Below, in pieces: positions 1-10,470 of a stretch of DNA of 64,000 nucleotides. The stretch is from Trueperaceae bacterium. GTDB lineage: Bacteria; Deinococcota; Deinococci; Deinococcales; Trueperaceae. How positions within the stretch are numbered: position 1 is the first letter of the stretch; the number at the start of each line of letters is the position of its first letter. The stretch is taken from positions 960,001 through 1,024,000 of the forward strand of contig JAXHLW010000013.1 in the NCBI GenBank assembly GCA_034521815.1, given 5' to 3'. Below the pieces are notes generated by a model that saw only the letters and a list, made by a program, of their open reading frames with translations, was not told the origin of the DNA and did no database searches. The translations under genes and the position numbers were made by a program.

Positions 1-400
1 CATGCAGGACTTCCTGCAAGCGAATCCAGGCATCGATGCCGTCTACACGTTCAACGGACCCATCGCGATCGGCGCGGTCCAAGCGCTTCGTGCTGCGGGA
101 AGCAGCCTGGCGACGTACTCGTCGTCACGACCGACCTCGAAGTCGAAACGGACCGCCTCATGCGTGACGGCTGGATCCAGGCGACGACCGTCAGCCAGCC
201 CGTGACCATGGCTCGCCTCGCCGTACGGCGTGCGATCGAAGCAGCCGAAGGCGAAGACATCCCGAGCACGACCCTTACGCAAGAGAGCCTCATCACCCGG
301 TCCACGCTCGACACCGTGGACCTGAGTGGTCAGGAGGTTCCTGAAGACTGGAGCGCTAGTCTCGACCCCCTCGGCAACAAGCAGAAGATGGTGGGTCGTC
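1..400 (+). CDS. Sugar ABC transporter substrate-binding protein (RbsB-like), 3' part only, frameshifted
   Basis: Motifs LQANPGIDAVYTFNGPIAIGAVQAL and GWIQATTVSQPVTMARLAV are split over two frames; the end is uncertain because no clean stop is visible. Confidence 0.6.
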
Positions 401-435
401 GTTGCGACGGCCCACCGAATTCGGAAAGGACTGAC

Positions 436-1633
436 GTGTCCACGCGTATCACCGACTTCGACGGTTCCGCCATCCCTCGTCGCATCCTGAGCGGCCGCGG
501 GTCCACGTCGCGCTTGGAGGGTGCCGTCGACGACGAGGGATTCACCCGCGTCCTCATCGTCACGAGCCCATCCGTCGCCTCGACCAGCGGCCACATCGAC
601 AAGCTCGCCTCGACGTTGGGCTTCCCGACTCGTCGGCGTCTTTTCCGGCACACGACCGCACGCGCCCGTTCCGGCCCTGAACGAAGCGACCGCGTACGCG
701 ACCGAAGTAGGTGCCGACGCCGTGCTCTCCGTCGGCGGCGGAGCGGTGCACGATACAGCCAAGGCCGTCGCCCTGATGGCAGCGACGGGCAGAGACATCC
801 GGGATCTGGCGAACCGCTTCGAGCCCCCCGATACGTTCATCGCACCGACGATCGAGGTCGAGCCCCTCCCCGTCCTCACGATGCCCAGCACGTTCAGTGC
901 GGCGGACGTCGTCGGCGGCGGCGCGTTCACCGACGCCGACAGCGGACTCAAGCACATCTTCGTGCACCCGATGCTGACACCACGAATCGTGGTCCTCGAC
1001 GGCGATTTCGCCGCGACGACGCCCGACGCCATTTTGCGGCCCTCCGCGATGAACGCCGTGCACCACTGCGTCGAAGCGATCGCCTCGAAGGGCCATCAGC
1101 CCGTTACGGACGCCTTCGCGCTGAGAGCGCTTCGTCTCTTGGCTACTGCCGCACCGAGACTCGCGACGGTGGATGGCGACGCACGCTCCGACGTGATCCA
1201 GGTCGCGCTGGAGGCCGCTGCTCTCTCCGGCATGACCTACGGGAACTCGTGGCTCGGCCTTGGGCATGCGATCTGCCACAGCCTAGGCGGACGCTACGGC
1301 CTGTCGCACGCCGAAGCCAACTCGGTCATCATGCCCATGACGATGCGGTTCAACGCGACCGAAGCAGCGGACCGCCTTGCGCTCGTAGCACAGGGCCTGG
1401 GGGCATCGTTCCCCGAAGGCTCGGACGCGGCAGCCGCAGCCTTCGCTATCGCCTTCGTCGAGCACCTGGCGCGAACGCTCGGGCTTCCCGGCACACTCTC
1501 CGAGATCGGCCTGCCCGAGGGCCAAGAGGAAGCGATCGCTACCGACGCCATGGCCGACCCCCAGACGTTCTGGAATCCCCGTGAGGTGACCCGAGAGGAC
1601 GTCATCGGAATCGTGAGACGCGCCTACCGTTGA
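436..1633 (+). CDS. Iron-containing alcohol dehydrogenase / maleylacetate reductase family protein (frameshift near 625)
   Basis: GTG at 436 after GAAAGGA; motifs VGGGAVHDTAK, MPSTFS, NAVHHCVEA, GLGHAICH, SHAEAN. Confidence 0.8.
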
Positions 1634-1827
1634 TCGATGGGCCCGTCCACTAGGTGACGGTTGCTGCATCAATTCGCCGTCCCGGCTCGAACGACACGGG
1701 ATCGTCCTGCCCTCGCGGCGTCTCGGCGACCGAGGTTCGGAGCGCGCAGGCATTGGTGCCGCTGCCTACCGAAAACTAGGTAGAGCCCGGCCTACACTGC
1801 TGTGGTGTCCAGAGTCGAGGCGCCCGC

Positions 1828-3000
1828 ATGACCGTATCGCTTGCCGCGTCGCTGGCCATCAAGGAGATGGTCCGCAACGTGGCGCGCTTCGCCTCGATCA
1901 GCGCCGTCATCGCGTTGATCACCGTCCTGATCCTGTTCCTCTCCGGCTTGGGCGAGGGCCTGGGGCTGGGCAACCGGCAGTACGTCGGCGGCATCGACGG
2001 CGATCTGCTCGTCTACCAGACCACGGCCGACCTCCAGATCGCCGCGAGCCAGCTGGACCGCTCGGTCGTCGCGTCGGTGCGGCGCGTCGACGGCGTCGCC
2101 GAGGTGGGGGCCATCGCCTTCGCATCGACCGTGATCGAGGGCGCAGGCGGTGAGGACGAGCCGGGGTTGCGCGTGTCGCTGATCGGCGTGGAGCCGGGTC
2201 GCCCGGGCGCGCCCCCTGTGCTGGAGGGACCCGGCTTCGCCTCGTCCAGCGGCAACGAGGTGGTGCTCGGTCGGCAGGCGGCGCTGCGCAGCGGCGCGAC
2301 CGTCGGCGACGTGATCACCGTGCGATCGACGCAGGGTGCGGTGGACGAGCGGTACGACCTCCGCGTCGTCGGCGTCACGTCCGGCCAGCAGTACCAGATC
2401 GCGCCGTCGATCCTGGTCCCGTTGATCGCGTTCGACCGGGTGAAGCCGAAGTCGGACGCCTCGGTGGACCCGTCGCGCCTTCCGTTCAACCTCGTCGCGG
2501 TGCGCACGGTCGCAGGCGCGACGCCCGAGACGGTCGCCGCCCGGATCGAGCAGGAGGTCCGCTCGGTACGGGCGGTGGACCTGGTCACCGCGTACGAGAA
2601 CATTCCCGGGTACGCGGCCCAACAGAGCACGGTCGACACCCAGACGGGCTTCACGCTGGTCATCGGGATCCTCGTGGTCGGCGGGTTCTTTCAGATTCAG
2701 ACGCTTCAGAAGCTGGGCCAGATCGGGATGCTGAAGGCGATCGGGGCGTCCAACCTGATGATCGCCACGGCCACGGTGCTGCAGATCGTGTTCACGAACC
2801 TCGTGGGCGTGAGTCTGGGAGCGCTCGGCACGTTCGCGCTGGCGGCCACGTTTCCCTCGACCGTTCCGATCGTGTTCCAACCCGGCAACGTCGCCGTCGC
2901 GGTCGGCGGACTCCTGGTGATCGGGCCGTTCGGAGGGCTCGTCGCGTTGCGGTCCGCCCTGCGCGTCGAGCCGCTGACCGCCTTGGGGCTCGGCACGTGA
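1828..3000 (+). CDS. ABC transporter permease, FtsX/MacB family
   Basis: N-terminal TM helix, large soluble domain, QIGMLKAIGAS motif, C-terminal TM helices ending VEPLTAL. Confidence 0.9.
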   Translation: MTVSLAASLAIKEMVRNVARFASISAVIALITVLILFLSGLGEGLGLGNRQYVGGIDGDLLVYQTTADLQIAASQLDRSVVASVRRVDGVAEVGAIAFASTVIEGAGGEDEPGLRVSLIGVEPGRPGAPPVLEGPGFASSSGNEVVLGRQAALRSGATVGDVITVRSTQGAVDERYDLRVVGVTSGQQYQIAPSILVPLIAFDRVKPKSDASVDPSRLPFNLVAVRTVAGATPETVAARIEQEVRSVRAVDLVTAYENIPGYAAQQSTVDTQTGFTLVIGILVVGGFFQIQTLQKLGQIGMLKAIGASNLMIATATVLQIVFTNLVGVSLGALGTFALAATFPSTVPIVFQPGNVAVAVGGLLVIGPFGGLVALRSALRVEPLTALGLGT

Positions 3001-3794
3001 CCGTGGCGCGCAAGGCCTACGTCCGGTCGTCTGCGGCTGCTGAGTCCACGGCCGGACCTCCCGCGGTCGCAAGCGGGCCCGCGCTGATCGCGGAGGGACT
3101 GAGCAAGACCTACCCGCTGGGCGAGCAGCTGATCCGCGCCGTCGACGACGTCTCGTTCGAGGTGCAGCCCGGCGAGTTCGTGGCGCTGGTCGGACCGTCC
3201 GGCTCCGGGAAGACGAGCCTCCTGGCCATGCTGGCCGGCCTTCTTCGGCCCACGGAGGGTCGGGTCCGCATCGCCGACCAGGAGATCGCGGAGCTGTCCG
3301 ACCGTCAGCTCACGCGCTTCCGCAGGCGCAACATCGGCTTCACCTTTCAGGCGAACAATCTCCTGCCCTACCTCACGGTGCTCGAGAACGTCACGCTGAT
3401 GCTGTCCCTGAACGGCCGCACGAATCCGGGAAGCGTGGCATGGGCGAAGGACCTCTTGGAGCAGCTGGGGCTGGCGGACCGGCTCCGCAGCCTGCCGTCC
3501 CAGCTTTCGGGGGGCCAGAAGCAGCGCGTGTCGATCGCGCGGGCCCTGATCCACCGTCCCGCCGTGGTGCTGGCCGACGAGCCGACGGCCAGCCTGGACA
3601 CCGAGCGCGCGCACCAGGTGGTCGAAACGTTCGCGTCGCTGATTCATGACGACCGGCGGGCGGGGATCATGGTGACGCACGACCTCAGGATGTGCCGTCA
3701 CGTCGACCGGGTCGTTCAGATGCGCGACGGCCTGCTCGAGCGAATCGTCGACGACCCTGAAGACATCCGTGCGCTTTCCGAGGGCGGCCCGTGA
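2997..3794 (+). CDS. ABC transporter ATP-binding protein (LolD/MacB-like)
   Basis: Walker [17 protein letters not shown], Walker B LADEPT, VTHD. Confidence 0.95.
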   Translation: MTVARKAYVRSSAAAESTAGPPAVASGPALIAEGLSKTYPLGEQLIRAVDDVSFEVQPGEFVALVGPSGSGKTSLLAMLAGLLRPTEGRVRIADQEIAELSDRQLTRFRRRNIGFTFQANNLLPYLTVLENVTLMLSLNGRTNPGSVAWAKDLLEQLGLADRLRSLPSQLSGGQKQRVSIARALIHRPAVVLADEPTASLDTERAHQVVETFASLIHDDRRAGIMVTHDLRMCRHVDRVVQMRDGLLERIVDDPEDIRALSEGGP

Positions 3795-3870
3795 CGCCCT
3801 ACCTTCGGGACCTCGCCGTGCGGCGGACGATCCCCACTCGACCACGGTCGCTGTGCGACCAGGAGGCATC

Positions 3871-5064
3871 GTGCGTCTGATCCGACCGCTTCTGCTGATC
3901 TCCTCGGAGCGGGCGCCGTGGTGGGCGCCGCCTTCGTCCTTCGCGCCCAAGGGGTCCTGACGTTCGGAACGCCGGAGGCCACGGTCGTCCGGGACTCACG
4001 AACGCCAGGCATCGACGACCGACCTGCGAACCCGCCTAGCGGCGCATCGGACGATTCTCCCGCGACGTCGGAATCCGGCTCCCCGAGCGACGATACGGCA
4101 GCGACGCGACCCGTCGCGGGCGTGCCGTCCTCCGCCGAAGCGGAGGTGCGTCCGCTCCGCAGCTCCGACCTGGCGTTCTCGGGAACGGGCGTCCTGGTCG
4201 AGCGGTTCGTAGCTGAAGGCGACGACGTCGTGGCCGGCGATCCGCTGCTGCGGCTCGACGACGAGCGGGAGCGTGCGCGCCTCCGCGAAGCCGACGCCGC
4301 CTTGGCTGCGGCCGCCGCTCGCCTGCAGGCGGCTCAAGCCGGCGAGCGAGCGGCCGAGCGTCAGATCGCCGTCGTCCGACGCCGCTGTCCGCGTGGCCGA
4401 GGCGCAACGCGACGCGGCCCAGGCCGCGCTGCGCCTGACGGCGACGCAGGCCGAAGCGACCGTCGCCGAAGCGGAGGCGCGCATGCGCCAGGCGGAGGCG
4501 GGTGTCGTGCAGGCCGAGGCGAACCGCGAGGCCGCACGCGCGGCCCTGGTGCAGGCCGCGGCGAACACGTCGCTGGCCGCGGCGCAGCGCGATCAGGCCG
4601 AGGCGGTCCAGGCAACGGCGTCCCTGGCCGTCCGCGAGAGGACGCTCACCGCTCCGTTCGACGGCCGGGTGGTCTCGATCGGCGCCGAGGTCGGCGAGAC
4701 GCTGGGCGGTCCCGGAGGAAGCCCACCGGGCGGACCGGAGCAGGAGAGCTCGGGTGCCGGCACCGCGGTACGGCTGGCCGACCTGAGCGGCTGGCGTGTC
4801 GAGACGACGAACCTCACCGAGCTCCAGGTGGTCGGCGTGCGTCCCGGCGACGAGGTCACGGTCGAGGTCGACGCCCTACCGGACCTGAGCCTCGGGGGCG
4901 TCGTCGAGCGGATCGGCTACCGGGCGGAGCCCGTGCGTGGAGAGGTGACCTACGTGACGACGGTCCGGTTGCTCGACGCGTCGCTAACGGATGCAGCGCG
5001 CGCGGCGCTTCGCCCCGGTATGACCGCCGTGGTACGCGGGCTGGTGCGCGGGCTGGTGCGCTGA
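3871..5064 (+). CDS. HlyD/periplasmic adaptor (membrane fusion) protein, frameshifted near 3900 and 4375
   Basis: AGGAGG RBS before GTG; FVAEGDDVVAGDPLLRLD, Ala-rich coiled coil, LTAPFDG, LRPGMTA. Confidence 0.85.
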
Positions 5065-5154
5065 CCAACCCCTGATCTGGTCGATGCGGCGTTCCTCCCT
5101 ATCAGGAGCGCCGGCCGCGGCACCGGGCGGGTCCAACGTCCCGAGCCTGACCGG

Positions 5155-5182
5155 TTATCGTAGATCGTAGATGAACGATGAA
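5155..5182. promoter_or_regulatory. Probable ArsR operator (imperfect inverted repeat) overlapping the arsR start
   Basis: TTATCGT-agatcgtagatga-ACGATGAA, AT-rich in a GC-rich background; identical in copy 2 (18020-18047). Confidence 0.6.
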
Positions 5183-5566
5183 CGCTCTCTCACAACATCC
5201 GCTACGACCCATCGTGCCCCTGCGCGTGGGCTCGCAACCTCGGGACGGACGGCCACGGCGGAGGAGGCGCGCCTCGCCAGCCTAGCCAAGGCACTCGGTC
5301 ACCCCGCCCGGGTGCGCATCCTTCGCCTCCTCCTCGCAACCGACACGTGCATGTGCGGCGCCATCTGCGACGTCGTCTCACTCGCGCAGTCGACCGTGTC
5401 GCAGCACCTGAAGGTGCTGAAGCAGGCGGGTCTCATCGCGGGTGAGATCGACGGCCCCCGGGTGTGCTACTCACCCAACCGAGCCGCTCTGGCCGAGTTG
5501 ACGGCGCTGCTCTACCACCTCGAACCCGACGCCAACCCTGCCCGCAAGGAGCCCACCGATGCCTGA
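5171..5566 (+). CDS. arsR: ArsR/SmtB metalloregulatory repressor
   Basis: [32 protein letters not shown]; directly upstream of acr3. Confidence 0.9.
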   Translation: MNDERSLTTSATTHRAPARGLATSGRTATAEEARLASLAKALGHPARVRILRLLLATDTCMCGAICDVVSLAQSTVSQHLKVLKQAGLIAGEIDGPRVCYSPNRAALAELTALLYHLEPDANPARKEPTDA

Positions 5567-6662
5567 CACCGCCCCCAAGCGCCTCTCGTTCCTGGACCGC
5601 TACCTCACGCTGTGGATCTTCGTCGCGATGGGGCTGGGCGTCCTGATCGGGACCGTCATCCCCGGATTCGGCCGCGTCCTCGACTCGATGAGCGTCGGCG
5701 CGACGAACATCCCCATCGCCATCGGCCTCATCCTGATGATGTACCCGCCGCTCGCCAAGGTGCGCTACGGGAAGCTGCCGCAGGTGTTTCGCAACGTCCG
5801 CATCCTGGTCCTCTCGCTGGTGCAGAACTGGTTGATCGGGCCGTTCCTGATGTTCTTCCTGGCGATCACGTTCCTGCGCGACTACCCGGAGTACATGATC
5901 GGCCTCATCCTGATCGGCCTCGCCCGTTGCATCGCCATGGTGCTGGTGTGGAACCAGCTCGCCGAAGGCGACAACGACTACGCCGCCGGCCTCGTCGCCT
6001 TCAACAGCGTCTTCCAGGTGATCTTCTTCAGCGTCTACGCCTACGTGTTCATCACCGTGCTGCCGCCGCTGTTCGGGCTGCAGGGGAGCATCGTCGAGAT
6101 CACGATCGGCGAGATCGCGCTCGCGGTCTTCATCTACCTGGGCGTGCCGTTCATCGCCGGGATCCTCAGCCGCGTGCTGCTGATCCCCGCCAAGGGCCAG
6201 GACTGGTACGACCGGGTCTTCGTGCCACGCATCAGCCCGATCACGCTCTCGGCGCTGCTCTTCACCATCGTGATGATGTTCGGCCTCAAGGGCGGCACGA
6301 TCGTGCAGATCCCGCTCGACGTCGTGCGCATCGCGGTGCCGCTGGTGCTCTACTTCGTCATCATGTTCACCGTCAGCTTCTTCATGGGGCGCGCGTTCGG
6401 CGCCGATTACCCACAGACCACGACGCTCGCGTTCACCGCGTCCGGGAACAACTTCGAGCTGGCGCTCGCGGTCGCGATCTCGGTCTTCGGTCTCAGCTCA
6501 GGCGTCGCGTTCGCAGCCGTCATCGGGCCGCTGGTCGAGGTGCCCGTGCTGATCTCGCTCGTGTGGGTGGCGCTCTACTTCCGCAAGCGCTTCTTCCCGG
6601 CAGCCCACGCCGAGGCCACCGCGGCGGCCGCAGGCCAGCCGGCCGGCGGTAGCGCGCGATGA
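5559..6662 (+). CDS. acr3: ACR3 family arsenite efflux transporter
   Basis: [47 protein letters not shown]. Confidence 0.95.
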   Translation: MPDTAPKRLSFLDRYLTLWIFVAMGLGVLIGTVIPGFGRVLDSMSVGATNIPIAIGLILMMYPPLAKVRYGKLPQVFRNVRILVLSLVQNWLIGPFLMFFLAITFLRDYPEYMIGLILIGLARCIAMVLVWNQLAEGDNDYAAGLVAFNSVFQVIFFSVYAYVFITVLPPLFGLQGSIVEITIGEIALAVFIYLGVPFIAGILSRVLLIPAKGQDWYDRVFVPRISPITLSALLFTIVMMFGLKGGTIVQIPLDVVRIAVPLVLYFVIMFTVSFFMGRAFGADYPQTTTLAFTASGNNFELALAVAISVFGLSSGVAFAAVIGPLVEVPVLISLVWVALYFRKRFFPAAHAEATAAAAGQPAGGSAR

Positions 6663-6883
6663 ACGAGCCCGCCTCGGAATCCGCGGGAGCGCCGAGCCAG
6701 CGCACGTTCTTCAGCCTGCGCTTCTTCGAGTTGCGCGAGGTCGCGGCCATGGTCGAACGTGGCGCGGAGCTGCCGATCGTGCTGGTCGGCGACGCCGTCG
6801 CCAACCGAGGCGGCAAGTTATCGGAGGCGCGCATCGCGGAGTCACTCGAAGCCGCGGGCGCCCTTGGAACGGGAGAACGATGA
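6659..6883 (+). CDS. Small hypothetical protein, possibly a partial thioredoxin-like fold
   Basis: Coupled by ATGA overlaps on both sides; LPIVLVGD-type strand motif; mostly missing in copy 2. Confidence 0.5.
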   Translation: MNEPASESAGAPSQRTFFSLRFFELREVAAMVERGAELPIVLVGDAVANRGGKLSEARIAESLEAAGALGTGER

Positions 6884-7281
6884 CGATGGCGATGACGCAA
6901 ACCGTCGAGTCCGGTGCCGCCGTGCGCGAACGAGCGCGCGCCTTGGCCCAGACGATCGAGCAGAGCGAGGCGTTCCGTGCCTACAAGGTGGCCGAGGCGG
7001 CGCTCGACGCGGACGCGGCGCTGGGCTCGACGCTCGCCGCGCTCCAGGCGCGAGACCAAGAGCTCGGGCAGTCCCAAGCCTGGGGCGGCGCCGACCCCAC
7101 GGAGGTGCGCGCCGTGCAGCAGGAGTGGCAGGACCTCGCGACGAACCCCATCCTCGTCGCGCACGCAGCGGCCCGCGAGAACCTGATCGCGCTGTTCGGC
7201 GAAGTCGCAGTGGGGATCACCGAGGGCACGGGCATCGACTTCGGCTCGGCCTGCGCGCCGGCCGGCGGGTGTTGCGGATGA
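6880..7281 (+). CDS. YlbF/YmcA-like helical protein with C-terminal CAPAGGCCG
   Basis: [18 protein letters not shown]...[14 protein letters not shown] pattern typical of the YlbF family; Cys-rich tail. Confidence 0.7.
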   Translation: MTMAMTQTVESGAAVRERARALAQTIEQSEAFRAYKVAEAALDADAALGSTLAALQARDQELGQSQAWGGADPTEVRAVQQEWQDLATNPILVAHAAARENLIALFGEVAVGITEGTGIDFGSACAPAGGCCG

Positions 7282-7682
7282 GCACGTCGGGAACCACGAT
7301 CGACCCCAGCCGCAACGGGCTCGCGGCCGTCCCGGAACGCCTTCGGGAACTGGTCCAGGCCCTGCGGGTCGCCCCCGCCATCGCGCGGTTCCGGGCGGCG
7401 GAAGAACGCTTCCGTGGCGACGAGGACGTGCGTGCCCTGCAGGCGCGCGTGCGTGCGTGCCACGAGCAACTGCAACGTGCGGAACGCGCGAACCGCCATG
7501 ACCCCAGGCTCTTCCAGGACGCGCGCGAAGCCCAGGCGCTGCTGCAAGGGCATCCAGCGGTCGCCGAGTTCGTCGCGTCACGCCAAGACGCGATGGATCT
7601 CCTGCGCGACGTGAACGAAGCGATGACCGAGGTGCTCGGCGTGGACCTCGGCGGAAGCGTGCGTCGTGCCTGTGCCTGCTGA
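7278..7682 (+). CDS. Second YlbF/YmcA-like protein with C-terminal RRACAC
   Basis: ATG overlaps the previous stop; [13 protein letters not shown]...[22 protein letters not shown]. Confidence 0.7.
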   Translation: MSTSGTTIDPSRNGLAAVPERLRELVQALRVAPAIARFRAAEERFRGDEDVRALQARVRACHEQLQRAERANRHDPRLFQDAREAQALLQGHPAVAEFVASRQDAMDLLRDVNEAMTEVLGVDLGGSVRRACAC

Positions 7683-8445
7683 CGCGCGCAGGCGCCTCCT
7701 CGCGGTGTTCGCGCACCCGGACGATGAGACCTTCGTCGCCGGCGGCACGCTCGCCCGCTACGCCGCGACCGGCAACGAGGTGACCGTCGTGTGCGCGACG
7801 TCCGGCGAACTCGGCAGGCGCGGCGAGTACGTCGACCTTCCCCGCCCGGCGTTCGCCGACGTGCGTCGCGGCGAGCTCGAGGCCGCGTGCGCCGCGCTCG
7901 GCACGCGCCCACCACGGTTCCTCGGTTGCACCGACAAGGGGTTGGACCACGATTGCCAGGAAGCGGCCACCGCCGAGGTAGCGGACATCATCGAAGAGCT
8001 GCGACCCGACGTCGTCGTCACGTTCGGCCCCGACGGCGTCTCGGGGCACGCCGACCACCTGGCCATCGGCCAGATCGTGACCGCGGCCTTCGCCAGGGCG
8101 GGCAGGTCGTTGCCCGCGCCTGCTCCCGGCACGGAGCACGCCCACCCGGTCGCGCTCTACTACGTCCTGCGATCCGAGGCCGCGCCAGCTTGCTGCGCGG
8201 CCCGCGATGGCGCGCCGCCGCCGCCCCCCACCACCACGTCGATCGACGTCCGGGGCTACGGCGATCGCAAGCTCGCCGCCGTGCGCTGCCATCGCAGCCA
8301 GCACCACCTGCAACCCGCGACGCCGGAGCGTGAGGCGGCCATCCTGAGCGCTCCGGAGGCCTTCCACCGTGCGGTACCGGCGTGGACGGGAGGCTCGCTC
8401 GAGACGCACCTCTTCGGGCTCACGGAGGCCGCGACGACGGATTGA
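7666..8445 (+). CDS. PIG-L family deacetylase (MshB/BshB-like)
   Basis: [28 protein letters not shown]. Confidence 0.9.
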   Translation: MPVPADARRRLLAVFAHPDDETFVAGGTLARYAATGNEVTVVCATSGELGRRGEYVDLPRPAFADVRRGELEAACAALGTRPPRFLGCTDKGLDHDCQEAATAEVADIIEELRPDVVVTFGPDGVSGHADHLAIGQIVTAAFARAGRSLPAPAPGTEHAHPVALYYVLRSEAAPACCAARDGAPPPPPTTTSIDVRGYGDRKLAAVRCHRSQHHLQPATPEREAAILSAPEAFHRAVPAWTGGSLETHLFGLTEAATTD

Positions 8446-8498
8446 GCCCGGCCCGCGGCCCACGAGCGCAGCGCCCGGGACCTCCGTCGGCCCGGCGC

Positions 8499-8747
8499 TT
8501 ACGCCGCCGCGCTCGCCTCCTTGATCCACCCGGCGATCTCCGCCGCAGGCGCGATCCGGCCGCTCGCCTTGACCCGGTCGTCGATCACGATCGCGGGCGT
8601 CGACATGATGCCGTACTGAAGGACGGCTCGAAAGTCCTCGACCTTCACGAGGTCGACCTGGACACCGGTCTGCTCCACGGCGGACATCGCCTCGAGGTAG
8701 AGCTGCTGGCAGCGTCTACAGCCTGGGCCCAGGATCTTGATCGTCAT
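8499..8747 (-). CDS. Small thioredoxin-like redox-active disulfide protein
   Basis: IKILGPGCRRCQQL, YGIMSTPAIVID. Confidence 0.85.
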   Translation of the reverse strand: MTIKILGPGCRRCQQLYLEAMSAVEQTGVQVDLVKVEDFRAVLQYGIMSTPAIVIDDRVKASGRIAPAAEIAGWIKEASAAA

Positions 8748-9073
8748 CACGACGCTGGGGCCGCCAGCCAGGCGAGCGCCTCGGCCGCCGTGTCCTGCAC
8801 GGTCGCACTCTTCATGAGCCGGGCCACCAGGATCGCCTCGACGATCTCCTCGTCGCTGACGCCGGCCTTCCGAGCCTGCTTCGTCCACATGAGCGTGCAG
8901 GTCGACGACTGCAGGGCGGCGGCGACGCCGATGCCGATGAGCAGCTTCTGCGTCAGCGGCAACGCCTGCAACGCCGGGTTCTCGAGGGTGGCGGCGCGGT
9001 GCTCCATGTAGGTGCGTGCGCCTTCGGGGGATGCGGTGCGAAGGATGTCCATGGGGGCGGCGGATGGGTTCAC
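8747..9073 (-). CDS. Carboxymuconolactone decarboxylase/AhpD-like protein
   Basis: KLLIGIGVAAALQSSTC...ARKAGVSDEEIVEAI; GAGGAG RBS. Confidence 0.75.
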   Translation of the reverse strand: MNPSAAPMDILRTASPEGARTYMEHRAATLENPALQALPLTQKLLIGIGVAAALQSSTCTLMWTKQARKAGVSDEEIVEAILVARLMKSATVQDTAAEALAWLAAPAS

Positions 9074-9301
9074 GGTGTCTCCTCTTCGAAATGGGGTGTG
9101 AGAGGTGCGCGGAGAACGCCGTCACGAAGGGCGTGAGCAAGGACCCGCAACACCGCGGCACGCCTTGCGACGTGGTCGTCGGCACGGCTCAGGCGCGGCG
9201 CACCTCCGGACGCCACCGCCCACGATGTCGTGAAGCTGGCACATCACCAAGGGCCATTCGTCCGTGGCCCGGCGCGGCTCCGGCGAAGACCGTGCGACTT
9301 A

Positions 9302-9307
9302 TATGTT
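9302..9307 (+). promoter_or_regulatory. -10 hexamer TATGTT of the circle-junction promoter
   Basis: Lies exactly 17 nt from TTGACA (10451-10456) when the ends are joined through one CT core. Confidence 0.75.
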
Positions 9308-9313
9308 GGTGGC

Positions 9314-10447
<1,134 letters not shown>

Positions 10448-10450
10448 CCC

Positions 10451-10456
10451 TTGACA
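10451..10456 (+). promoter_or_regulatory. -35 hexamer TTGACA in the IS110 right end
   Basis: Perfect consensus, 3 nt after the transposase stop codon. Confidence 0.75.
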
Positions 10457-10470
10457 ATCAACACGGTTGC

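Noticed and set aside
160-1584. 474-aa ORF joining the sugar-binding protein to the dehydrogenase
   Set aside because: Chimeric reading caused by a missing stop and a frameshift; a separate RBS and GTG exist at 436.
9074-9297. Possible riboswitch between the menK-like gene and the CMD gene
   Set aside because: GC-rich hairpins are present, but I recognise no conserved riboswitch motif.
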